A stretch of 64,000 bases of DNA. It comes from an uncultured Bacteroidales bacterium. GTDB taxonomy: Bacteria > Bacteroidota > Bacteroidia > Bacteroidales > CAZJKL01. Made by a program: the position numbers and the translations under genes. Location: the NCBI GenBank assembly GCA_964546655.1, contig CAZJKL010000001.1:2093-66092 (forward strand), in the 5' to 3' direction. This document shows, one piece after another, positions 19,108 to 28,500 of this stretch. How positions within the stretch are numbered: position 1 is the stretch's first letter; every line of letters begins with the position of its first letter. Under the pieces are notes generated by a model, which saw nothing but the letters and a program-made list of their open reading frames with translations, ran no database searches and was not told the DNA's origin.

Positions 19108-20304
19108 ATGAAAGAGTTCCTTACTCAAAAAATGATTAAGAAAAATATCTTAATAACATTTATCTTAATTTTGTTTGCAATTTCTAGTAATGCTCAATGG
19201 ACATTTACATACAATGTAACTTATTCATGTAGCAGTGGGTACATTCCTTATCCTCCATTTCCTAATGTTGTAATGTACACAAAAGAAGCTTGTGAATACA
19301 ATAGATCTGGTGTTTTATCAAGTAGTGGGAATGATGTAGGGCTTTGGGAAACATGTATTCAAACAATAACTGCCACTCCTTGTGTTAATTCTGGAGGTGG
19401 TGGAAGCACAGGTGAAATAGGAGATTATATAAATCCGAATAAAGCTGCTGGACAAATTAATCCAGGTGATGCTTCACTATATGGTATTTATGAAGGTAAA
19501 CCTTTTTCAACTACTCATCAAAGTTCGGCTCTTGGTGATTTAGCTGCAGAGTATCAAGAATTGACAAAAAGATTGGGAATAAAATTTGTTGATGGACAGG
19601 CGGTTAATTCACCAGTAGCTTTAACAGGCGACCCAACTTATGATGCATTTTTATTAAATCAGTATTTGCAATTTAATCCTAATTTTAATAATAATACCAA
19701 TAAACCTTTATCTGTTAATCCCAATGATGTTAAAACAAATTCAGGGGATAATACCGCAGGAACTATAAACCCAAATGATTTAAAAGCCTCTGAACCAGCT
19801 AAGCCTTCGCTTAAAGACTCTTATGTACCACCATTAGTGCCAAGCGAAATTAAAGAAAAAACGAAACACGAAAACATTGAATTAGCAAGAGAATCTCTTG
19901 TTTCTTTAGCGGCTGTTGCTCCAAAACCTTTTAGTTATCTTGGTATAGCAATAGTTGATATTTATGCAGCTAATGCTACTCAACTTGTAGATTGTTTAGA
20001 TGGTAATTGCCAACCAACTCTTAATGTTTATGTAAATATGGCATCACAAGTTGCTACAGATGTTGCTGTTCAGGGTGTTGGTGATTTAGGAAGTATGGCT
20101 GCAGGTAAATTGTTTGCAAATTTAGCTTTGAAAAACGGAAATATGCTAAAAGGTGCTGATATGGGGTTTAAAGAATTCCGCAAGGGTGTTGCTGAAGAAG
20201 TAGTACCACAAATTGGGGAAGGTCATTTTGCTGTAGTTAGTGGAGTTACCGACTTAGCAAAAAAATGGGTTAATGCTTCTGGGGTAGAAACAATTTATGA
20301 TTAA
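19108..20304 (+). CDS. Exported hypothetical protein (Cys-rich N-domain, Asn/Pro linker, Ala/Gly-rich helical C-domain)
   Basis: 398-aa ORF; signal peptide ISSNA|QWT; no recognisable family and no T9SS sorting domain. Confidence 0.75.
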   Translation: MKEFLTQKMIKKNILITFILILFAISSNAQWTFTYNVTYSCSSGYIPYPPFPNVVMYTKEACEYNRSGVLSSSGNDVGLWETCIQTITATPCVNSGGGGSTGEIGDYINPNKAAGQINPGDASLYGIYEGKPFSTTHQSSALGDLAAEYQELTKRLGIKFVDGQAVNSPVALTGDPTYDAFLLNQYLQFNPNFNNNTNKPLSVNPNDVKTNSGDNTAGTINPNDLKASEPAKPSLKDSYVPPLVPSEIKEKTKHENIELARESLVSLAAVAPKPFSYLGIAIVDIYAANATQLVDCLDGNCQPTLNVYVNMASQVATDVAVQGVGDLGSMAAGKLFANLALKNGNMLKGADMGFKEFRKGVAEEVVPQIGEGHFAVVSGVTDLAKKWVNASGVETIYD

Positions 20305-20343
20305 TACCAGAAAAGCCAATCTAATTGTAAAAAAATAATTCAC

Positions 20344-21435
20344 ATGAAAAATATTTTTAAATATATATTATTACTGTCAATAACATTAGTTCTTATTTCT
20401 ACTTTTAGTATTAATGTAAAAGGATTATCGGTAAACAAAGCAGGTGATTCTATTCGCTTCGAAATATTATTACATAAAAAAATGCTTAATGACTCGAAGA
20501 TTGATGTTAAATTTATTGAATCAATAGAAATCACTTCTTCTCAATTATTAATGCTTTCTTCTTCAAATCAATTTTATTTATTAGGTTTGGGTGGCATAGC
20601 TCCTGTAAGTCAAAAAGAAAATGATACAATAACTTCATTTGCTTATACTTCAGATGGTTTACTAATGATTGTTCGAAATAATGAACTTTGTTATATTGAT
20701 ACCTTAGGAAAATTAGCTAAACTTTATACATTACCTAGTCATAATATGAAAATTTCGGCAGGTAAAAAAGTTATGTATTTATTCGACAGTAGTAAAAATA
20801 AAAAGAAGTATATTGTTTATTCTTTAGCTCATGGCGGAAGATATAATGAAATACTTGTAACTTCAACACCAATAAATGCTGTTGCCGAAACTAAAAATCA
20901 ACTTTTGTTTTCAACTGGTAGTGCATTATATAGCTATAATTTAAACGATAAAAAAACAAAAGCATTAGTTAATGTTCCAAATAACTATGAAATAAAGTCA
21001 ATAGCAGTTGATACTTTATCAGGTCGAATATATTTTTCAACAAACAATGCTGTTTATGCATTAAAAGATTCACTTGCAGTAGCAATAACAGATAAATTTA
21101 CAGGCTCACTTAAATATTATAATAATAGTATTATGATAATTAATTCGGAAAAACAATTTATAGTTAGAATAATTGGCTTAGAAGATAAAATAAAATCGGT
21201 AAATACGGCAAAACCACAAGAAATTAGTAAAACAGTAGAAGTACTTACAAATGAGAGTGTTATAAAAATGGTAAATGCTAAACTTTCTGATGAAATGATT
21301 ATTAATATAATTAACAAATCGGAAGTAAACTTTAATACAGATGTAAATTCGATGATTAATTTATCTAATCAGCAAGTTTCATCGGCGGTTATTATGGCAA
21401 TGAAAAATGCAATGAAAGCAAAAAACAATAAATAA
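20344..21435 (+). CDS. Exported beta-propeller protein with C-terminal 55-aa helical domain
   Basis: Hydrophobic N-terminus; blade-like repeats (ITSFAYTSDGLLMIV, INAVAETKNQLLFST, IKSIAVDTLSGRIYFST). Confidence 0.7.
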   Translation: MKNIFKYILLLSITLVLISTFSINVKGLSVNKAGDSIRFEILLHKKMLNDSKIDVKFIESIEITSSQLLMLSSSNQFYLLGLGGIAPVSQKENDTITSFAYTSDGLLMIVRNNELCYIDTLGKLAKLYTLPSHNMKISAGKKVMYLFDSSKNKKKYIVYSLAHGGRYNEILVTSTPINAVAETKNQLLFSTGSALYSYNLNDKKTKALVNVPNNYEIKSIAVDTLSGRIYFSTNNAVYALKDSLAVAITDKFTGSLKYYNNSIMIINSEKQFIVRIIGLEDKIKSVNTAKPQEISKTVEVLTNESVIKMVNAKLSDEMIINIINKSEVNFNTDVNSMINLSNQQVSSAVIMAMKNAMKAKNNK

Positions 21436-21466
21436 AAAGTGTAAGAAACTACATAAAAGTAAACAA

Positions 21467-22768
21467 ATGAAAAAAAGTATATTAATCCTAGCTCTTGTAT
21501 TTGTAGCATTAACAAGTAGCATACAAGCACAAACGTTAACAGTTTTAACAAACAATACTATTGTAAAAATGGTAAAGGCTAGCCTTTCAGATGAAATTAT
21601 AATTGATGAAATTAATAATGCAAATGTTAATTTTAATCTTAGTCCAGATTCGGTTAGTTATTTAGCTAATGAGAAGGTATCAGAGCAAGTTATACAAGTA
21701 ATGAAGGTGGTTAATGAAAAACAAAATCCTGTAGCTGAAATTACTGCTCAAGAAGAACCTGTTGATTATAATTCGACCCAAACAACAGAACCAACTCAAG
21801 AAATTCAGACAGAAACACAAATTACAACCAATCAAGTTGCAACTTCTGAAACAACTGAACCTTTAGTTAGTGAAAACAAAATTCAACAAGCAAACGAATC
21901 AACAACAAATTCAATAGAAGCTGTTAGTTATACCATTCCAATTGAAGGATTGATAAATTATTTTAATAATGAATACAATAATATGACAAACCTAATTAAA
22001 GGTTATGACAGCAGAATTAGAGATTCGATAAATAGAATAAATAAAATAAAACTAACCCTTACTCAATACGAAAAAGATTTAACAAACACTAAAAATGCTG
22101 ATACAAAAGCTTTTACAAACGATATTTTAATTATTAAGAAAAGTGTTGTTTCTTACCGTGAAAAATATAAGCAAGCAAAAGGCAAAATGTTTACAGATGG
22201 TATGAACATCGTAAAAGAAATAAAAGAAAAAAGTGAAGCAAAAAATAGCGAAATAGGTAGTAAGTTTAGTGAAACATGTAAAAATATAAAAGACTACAAA
22301 TCTGATCCTTCTAAGGGCAGAGAGGCAAAAACAATAAGTATTACAAAGCAAAAATTTAATGAAGAAATAATAAATTATGTAACTTCATTAAAAGAGATAC
22401 CTTGTTTTTACCAAAATGAAATTATAGTATTGCAAAATTTAATTACTCAATACAGCATTAAAGCTGAAGAAATTATTAAAAAAGACGCCGAACTTGCAAA
22501 ACAACTAGAGCCTTTAGATAAACAAATGAATGATTTAAAACAAGATTCGAAAAAGAATAAAAAAGAGATTTCTGAATTAAAAAAACAATGTTCGAAAATT
22601 GAAAAAGAAAGAAAACAACTTGAAGAACAAATGGGCAGTGATAGTAAACAGTTGTCAGAAAGCCTAAAACAATCAAGTAAAGAAATTCAAAGCACTTTAA
22701 TTGCAAGATATATTGATATTATTGAAACTATAAATTTTTCATATTTAGACAAATTTAATTTAGACTAA
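21467..22768 (+). CDS. Exported protein: 55-aa helical domain, T/E/Q-rich linker, two tandem long alpha-helical repeats
   Basis: Signal peptide SIQA|QTL; heptad-rich Lys/Glu C-terminal two thirds. Confidence 0.75.
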   Translation: MKKSILILALVFVALTSSIQAQTLTVLTNNTIVKMVKASLSDEIIIDEINNANVNFNLSPDSVSYLANEKVSEQVIQVMKVVNEKQNPVAEITAQEEPVDYNSTQTTEPTQEIQTETQITTNQVATSETTEPLVSENKIQQANESTTNSIEAVSYTIPIEGLINYFNNEYNNMTNLIKGYDSRIRDSINRINKIKLTLTQYEKDLTNTKNADTKAFTNDILIIKKSVVSYREKYKQAKGKMFTDGMNIVKEIKEKSEAKNSEIGSKFSETCKNIKDYKSDPSKGREAKTISITKQKFNEEIINYVTSLKEIPCFYQNEIIVLQNLITQYSIKAEEIIKKDAELAKQLEPLDKQMNDLKQDSKKNKKEISELKKQCSKIEKERKQLEEQMGSDSKQLSESLKQSSKEIQSTLIARYIDIIETINFSYLDKFNLD

Positions 22769-22772
22769 CTTT

Positions 22773-24593
22773 ATGTTTAATAAAGAATATATAAAACAAA
22801 ATATTTTGAAAATACTTAAACCCTGTTTTTTCATGGGGCTATATTGTGTTTTCTTTTTTCCTTTATTTTTAAAGGCACAAGATAAAATTCACAAAACCGA
22901 CAATACAATTATAGATGTTAAAGTTTCTGAAGTTAGCGAAACTGAAATTAAGTATAAAAAATTTAGTAATTTTAATGGACCTACATATACTATAAATAAG
23001 TTAGATGTAAATATGATTGTTTATGAAAATGGAGAGCAAGAAATATACAATCAAAAATTGGTTCAACAAAAGCAAAAGATAGATCCACAGATTTATCTAG
23101 AAGAATATATGGGGGTTAAATTAGAAAAATCTACGAAAAACAATGGCGTTAAAATTATTGATAAAGTTAAAGGACATAGGTTAAAAAAAGGACTTTCTCC
23201 AGGTGAAGTTGTTATTGGTATTTTTACTGCATATGTTGGTTTTGGAGTTATGGCTATTGCCGGAGAATTTTCATTAAGAAATGCAGTTATAACAGCATTT
23301 AAAATTGGTGATGAAGATGATGCTAAATGGACTAAAGTAAATAATATTTCAGACCTTACAAAAGCATTTATAAAAGCGTCTCAGGATAAAAAAAGTAATA
23401 GTGTAAATATCGTAAATTTTAAAATTAAAAAAGGTATTGGAAAATCAATTGGATGGGTAAATCTTAAAGATTTTGATGCTAGTTTAATTGAAACATCTTT
23501 AGATAAAGCCAGAAATTTACTTCTTTCTGGGAATATGAATTTGGCCATTGCTACATATTCTAAATGTATAGAAGAAGACTCTGTAAACTCTGCTTTACTT
23601 GCCGAAGATGCTTATGCTCTTGCTTTAAATGGAATATATGACATTGCATTGTTGCGATTGGATCAAGCTTGGGGCCTTAAACAAAATAAGCCTGAAGTAA
23701 ATTACTATACAGCTCAAGTGCTTTCTTTAATGGGATATGATGATATAACAAATTCGCTTTGGAAGTCTTCCGAAAAATATACTGCTCCTGAGTGGATAGC
23801 TTTAAAAGCTCCTTTATTATTGAAAAAATATAAGAATAAAAACACTAATTCTTCTATAAAAACTAAAGAAGAACTTATTGCAAATTTTAAACGTGCTAAT
23901 GAATTAGCAGCACAACAATTTTATTTTCAGTCAATTGTGTTGTTTCAAAATATAATAAAAATGTGTCCCGATGAATATTTCCCATACATTGGTTATAGCC
24001 TTTCAATGGAAAAAATTGGTGCTTATGACCAATCGGCACAGGCTATAGAAAAAGCTATAAAATTAATTGAAAACAATCCTGAAGCAAGTAAAAACAAACA
24101 GGTGTTTGAGCAACGTCTTAATTATATTAAACAACAATCAAATCTGTTCCCTCTTGGCACTACTTTACCTGGGTTGTCTCAGTTAACTAATTCTGAAAGC
24201 TTTCGCCCTCAAATGATGGCTTATTCAGGAGTTAGTTTAGCTAAATCACAAACCTTAATTAATGCACGATTGGGTTATTTCTTATCAAAATCAAACAATT
24301 TATCTTTTGATTTAGGAGTAAATAAAATAGGTGAAAATTCTTATTCTAATGTTGGATTTGCTATATATTCAAGGCATAAGAGCATGGTTTCGGGTGGTGG
24401 ATTAATGATGTTGAGTGGCGGAGGTGTTACTTCATTATATGTGAAGTTGTCAGTTGGTATCAGTGCTTTAAATAAAAAGAAAACCTCAAGTTTTGACTTT
24501 TTTATTGATGTAAATAAAGGTTTGAAAAAAAACTCACTCACATCATTTAGTATCTCGATTGGTAAAAGTATTTATTTTGGAAAAAGGAAATAA
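22773..24593 (+). CDS. Multidomain envelope protein: Bacteroidota N-domain, PDZ-like segment, TPRs, C-terminal beta-barrel
   Basis: LKA|QDKIHKTDNTIIDVKVSEV..IKYKK..GPTY N-domain; MGVKLE..GVKII..GLSPGEVV PDZ-like segment; TPR helices; alternating-hydrophobic strands ending ISIGKSIYF. Confidence 0.65.
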   Translation: MFNKEYIKQNILKILKPCFFMGLYCVFFFPLFLKAQDKIHKTDNTIIDVKVSEVSETEIKYKKFSNFNGPTYTINKLDVNMIVYENGEQEIYNQKLVQQKQKIDPQIYLEEYMGVKLEKSTKNNGVKIIDKVKGHRLKKGLSPGEVVIGIFTAYVGFGVMAIAGEFSLRNAVITAFKIGDEDDAKWTKVNNISDLTKAFIKASQDKKSNSVNIVNFKIKKGIGKSIGWVNLKDFDASLIETSLDKARNLLLSGNMNLAIATYSKCIEEDSVNSALLAEDAYALALNGIYDIALLRLDQAWGLKQNKPEVNYYTAQVLSLMGYDDITNSLWKSSEKYTAPEWIALKAPLLLKKYKNKNTNSSIKTKEELIANFKRANELAAQQFYFQSIVLFQNIIKMCPDEYFPYIGYSLSMEKIGAYDQSAQAIEKAIKLIENNPEASKNKQVFEQRLNYIKQQSNLFPLGTTLPGLSQLTNSESFRPQMMAYSGVSLAKSQTLINARLGYFLSKSNNLSFDLGVNKIGENSYSNVGFAIYSRHKSMVSGGGLMMLSGGGVTSLYVKLSVGISALNKKKTSSFDFFIDVNKGLKKNSLTSFSISIGKSIYFGKRK

Positions 24594-24595
24594 AG

Positions 24596-25390
24596 ATGAA
24601 ACATATATATATAATATTAACCATATTTTTATTTAGCTTTTCTTTTGTTTCTGCACAAGATGCTAAAAAACTAGAATCGTTTAAAATAACTACATTACAA
24701 AAATATAATATGTATTTTAATAATGCAGAATTAAACGAAAGTGGCAAATTAAAATTATCAGCTTTAGATAAATATTCGCAACAAAACACAGAAGAAAAAA
24801 AAGCTATAATTCAAAAAATAAATTTAGAATGGCAAGATTCAATAGTTATTGTAAGTTATGGAACAAAAAGAGAATTGTGGGGTTGGAATTCTTCGACTAA
24901 AACTACACAACTACTTGATATATTTGATTTTGGTAAACAACCTTCATCTTTAATACCTGCTTTAGATGCGAACAAAACAGCTCTTCATCCTTGGTTTTTT
25001 TATGTTGGAGGATTTATGACTGGAGACAACCAGAAAAATATGAGTTTTTCTTTTAATACTCGTCTGGGATTTTTCTTATTAAAAAATAGATGGGATTTAG
25101 CGACTACTTTTTCTGCGGGAACAATTGAAGTGGGAGATACAGCTTCGAGCAATTTTACATCATTTGGGTTAATGAGCAGAGTTTATTTTCCGATAAAAAA
25201 TGTTAGTGTTTTCCCTAATATTGGAGGCGATATAACTTTGGGCGATGATGGTGCAAGTGCAGGATTGTTAGTTGGTGCTAGATGGCATTTTAATATGGGA
25301 AGTCTTGATTTTGGAGTAAGGTTCGGAAATGAAGTAAGAGCTATGCTTGGTTATACTTTTTTCCCTACAAGAAAGTCTAAAAAAAGATAG
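24596..25390 (+). CDS. Outer membrane beta-barrel protein, unknown function
   Basis: Signal peptide VSA|QDA; about 8 amphipathic strands from PWFFYVGG to MLGYTFF. Confidence 0.7.
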   Translation: MKHIYIILTIFLFSFSFVSAQDAKKLESFKITTLQKYNMYFNNAELNESGKLKLSALDKYSQQNTEEKKAIIQKINLEWQDSIVIVSYGTKRELWGWNSSTKTTQLLDIFDFGKQPSSLIPALDANKTALHPWFFYVGGFMTGDNQKNMSFSFNTRLGFFLLKNRWDLATTFSAGTIEVGDTASSNFTSFGLMSRVYFPIKNVSVFPNIGGDITLGDDGASAGLLVGARWHFNMGSLDFGVRFGNEVRAMLGYTFFPTRKSKKR

Positions 25391-25417
25391 TTGTTTGAAA
25401 AAATATTGAAATTTTAA

Positions 25418-25533
25418 AAAGTGGATATCCAAAAAAGATGTCTTTCTTTTTAAAGTGAAAGAGCTAACAGTCAAGTTATTAAGATTTTTTAGTTCGTTCA
25501 ATAAGATTTTTTTATTTTTTAGACAACCAATTT
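25418..25533. repeat. Degenerate second copy of the nested inverted-repeat element
   Basis: 25436-25506 aligns ungapped to 8677-8747 at 53/71 nt by manual count (shared blocks agatgtctttct, attaagattttt, ttcgttcaa). Outer IR 25418-25436 / 25515-25533 matches at 15/19. Confidence 0.7.
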
Positions 25534-25540
25534 AAGTTAC

Positions 25541-28500
25541 TTATTTTAATAATACTTTTTTAGAAATTTTTGTTGATTCATTATTTAAAACAATAAGATA
25601 AACACCTGAAGATAATTCTTTTGTGTCAAATTTAGTTGCATTTAATCCATTTTCAGTTGTTCCTTGATTGCTAATTAGTAATCTTCCAGTAATGTCATAT
25701 AACTGAGCATAGTATTTGTCTCCTTCAGATGAATTAAATAAAATAGTTAAAGTTTTATTATTTTTAGAGTCAATCATATTAATATATTCAAAATCAATTT
25801 GTTCAAATTTGTCGCATCCAACATAAACAATTTGAGAATATGATGAAGTGCCGTCAAAATCTGTTTGTTTTAATCTGTAATATGTGCCTTCAGAATAAGG
25901 AGACATATCATAATATTCATAATTTCGTTCAATATTACTACTTCCTGAACCTGTAATTGTAGCAACTACTTCATAATTAATCCCATCATTGCTACTCTCT
26001 AAAGTAAAATAATCATTATTAATCTCTGTAGCAGTAGTCCATTTAACAATAGAAATTTCGTTTTCACAAGAAGCAGTAAAACTAATTAATTCAATAGGTA
26101 ATATTTCAATGCCTTCGTAAGCACCTATATGAGGAATAGATCTTCCTGTGCCATGTATATCGTCTGTAACAGATAAATCCACACCAGCTTTAAGGTCATC
26201 ATATAAAATATCTAAAAAGCATGAAGAACAATTGATAAATTTAGGATCTACTCCAAAAGAGTTTGCATCATTTGATGTCCCGTTAGAAACCATATCAGCA
26301 CCTTGCCAAGACGCTAACGTAGTATATGAAGCAAAAGAGTGCCATTTAGCAATATTAGCTCCATTAGGGGCATATAAAATATTATTATTACAATAGTATA
26401 TTTTATCATCATCAGCATCATAAGTATCATAAAATTCTAAACAAGCTCTAGATGAACTGCTACTTGTTGTATATAAAATATTATTTCTTATATCCCAGTC
26501 CTTTTGTGTGTCATAAGAGTTTGTTCCATCATTAAAATAAACACATGATTCGGATGTATACATAGAATTATGATATAGTTGATTTCTTTTATGAATATTT
26601 TCAGTATAATCATCATAAGAATAAAGTCCATATTTAGAACTACAAATAAAATTGTTATAAACACTTATTCCATCAGTTGAATTATCACAATATACTGCAG
26701 CAAAACCGTTTTTAACTTTATTAGAATAAATATTAAAAGGGTTATCCGAAGAAGTGTTTTTACCACAAGCATATAAATACATTCCAGAGTTATCAGCGTC
26801 AGTGTTTCCAAATAATGTAATTAAGTTATTAAAAATATTATAACCTTGTAAATTGTTATTATAATCTCCACCAACTAATTTAATAGCAGTTTTTACCGAA
26901 GAAATGGTGTTGTCATTAATTGTATTTTGCGTAGGCCAAAACTCATTACCAGCACTTTGGAAATAATGCTTACAATAAATAGCATAAGCATCAGCCCCAG
27001 TCATTGTAATAGTATTAAAAGAAATAGTATTAAAGTCATTATCTCCAAGTAAGTGTATTCCATATCCATCTTCACTTGAATTAGTAATTATATTTTTGCT
27101 TATTATACAATTATTTCCATGGATTGGAGCATCGGTAATAGATTTTAAATAAATATTAATACCAAGAGAAGCAGTTGTTGACGTTATATCTAAATAACAA
27201 TTTTTAACTGTAAGATAATCACCATATTCTTTATAAATATTGTGTTTATTATCATTACTATTGTTAAATCTTATACCATCAATCCATATATATTCAACAT
27301 CATAAGAAAGAGACATATTATTAGAAGTAGCTTCAGCAGTAAAAATTGTTTTTGATGAACCAGCACCTATAAATTTAAGTGGTGCAGTTGAGCTCCCCAT
27401 GTCCGAAGCACTTAATGTTATTGATTCGGTATAATCGCCAGCATCAATTAATAAAATATCAGAATCTGTTAAAACATAATTATCAATAATATCTTGAACG
27501 CTGTTTACCGCTTTATTAGGTGCTAAACCATCATAAGTAGTTCCATTATATGCTCCTCCAATAGCTGTTGAGTAAATATCTCCAGTAGTTGAAGCATCAT
27601 TAATATAATAATTAACAGCAGAAGCTGATGGTATCACTGTTGTTTCACCTAAAGAAGCCCAACTTGTTCCGTATCTTTTGTAAAATTTTAAATAGTATGT
27701 TGTTCCATTAGTTAAACCTTTAACTAATTGTGTTGTTGTTAAGCCTTTGTAAACAACATAGCCACCACCAAAAGATGTTCCTGATGAATAAGTTGCATTA
27801 GCAGTATAAGCAGAACCATCTCCAGAAGGAGTTCCTGTTACACTCGAAGAAGCTTTAGCAACAATCATTATTTCATCAGTTTGGCAACCTGGGTTAGTCC
27901 ATGATAGAACAGCTACACCATTTCCTGAAATTGGAGTATTAATTGTAGCACTTGTATTTGCTCCAGAAATTGTAACTTCATCATAAGAATCAGCACAAGC
28001 ACCATTGTCTAAAGTCCATCTAAAAATATTATTTCCATCACCAAGAGATGTTATTCCTGATGTAGCAACAGAAGGAGTGGTAATAATACCTTCTCCACTT
28101 ATTAAAGCCCAAGTGCTACTACCACTTGCTGGAGTATTTCCCGAAAGTGTTGCAGTTGTTGCACCGCAAATTATTTGATCGCTTCCAGCATTTGCTACAG
28201 TTGATGTATTAACTGTAACTGTAACGCCTGTTGCATCAGAACTATTGCAAGAAACATCAGCAGAGCATCTGCATTTAACCTTATATGTTGTTGTTGTGTT
28301 TGGACCAACTCCTATAATTGAAGAGTAAGCAGAATTATATGTTTCAGCATTAGTCCAAGTTGTACCGTTCCAATAAGTGTTGTCACTTCCAGTACCAGTG
28401 TACCATGCATATTCCCAAGAACCACTACATCCTGAACCACCAACTTGTCCGGCACCAAGAGTATAACTACTTCCAGAACATATTGTTTTAGATTCTTCAG

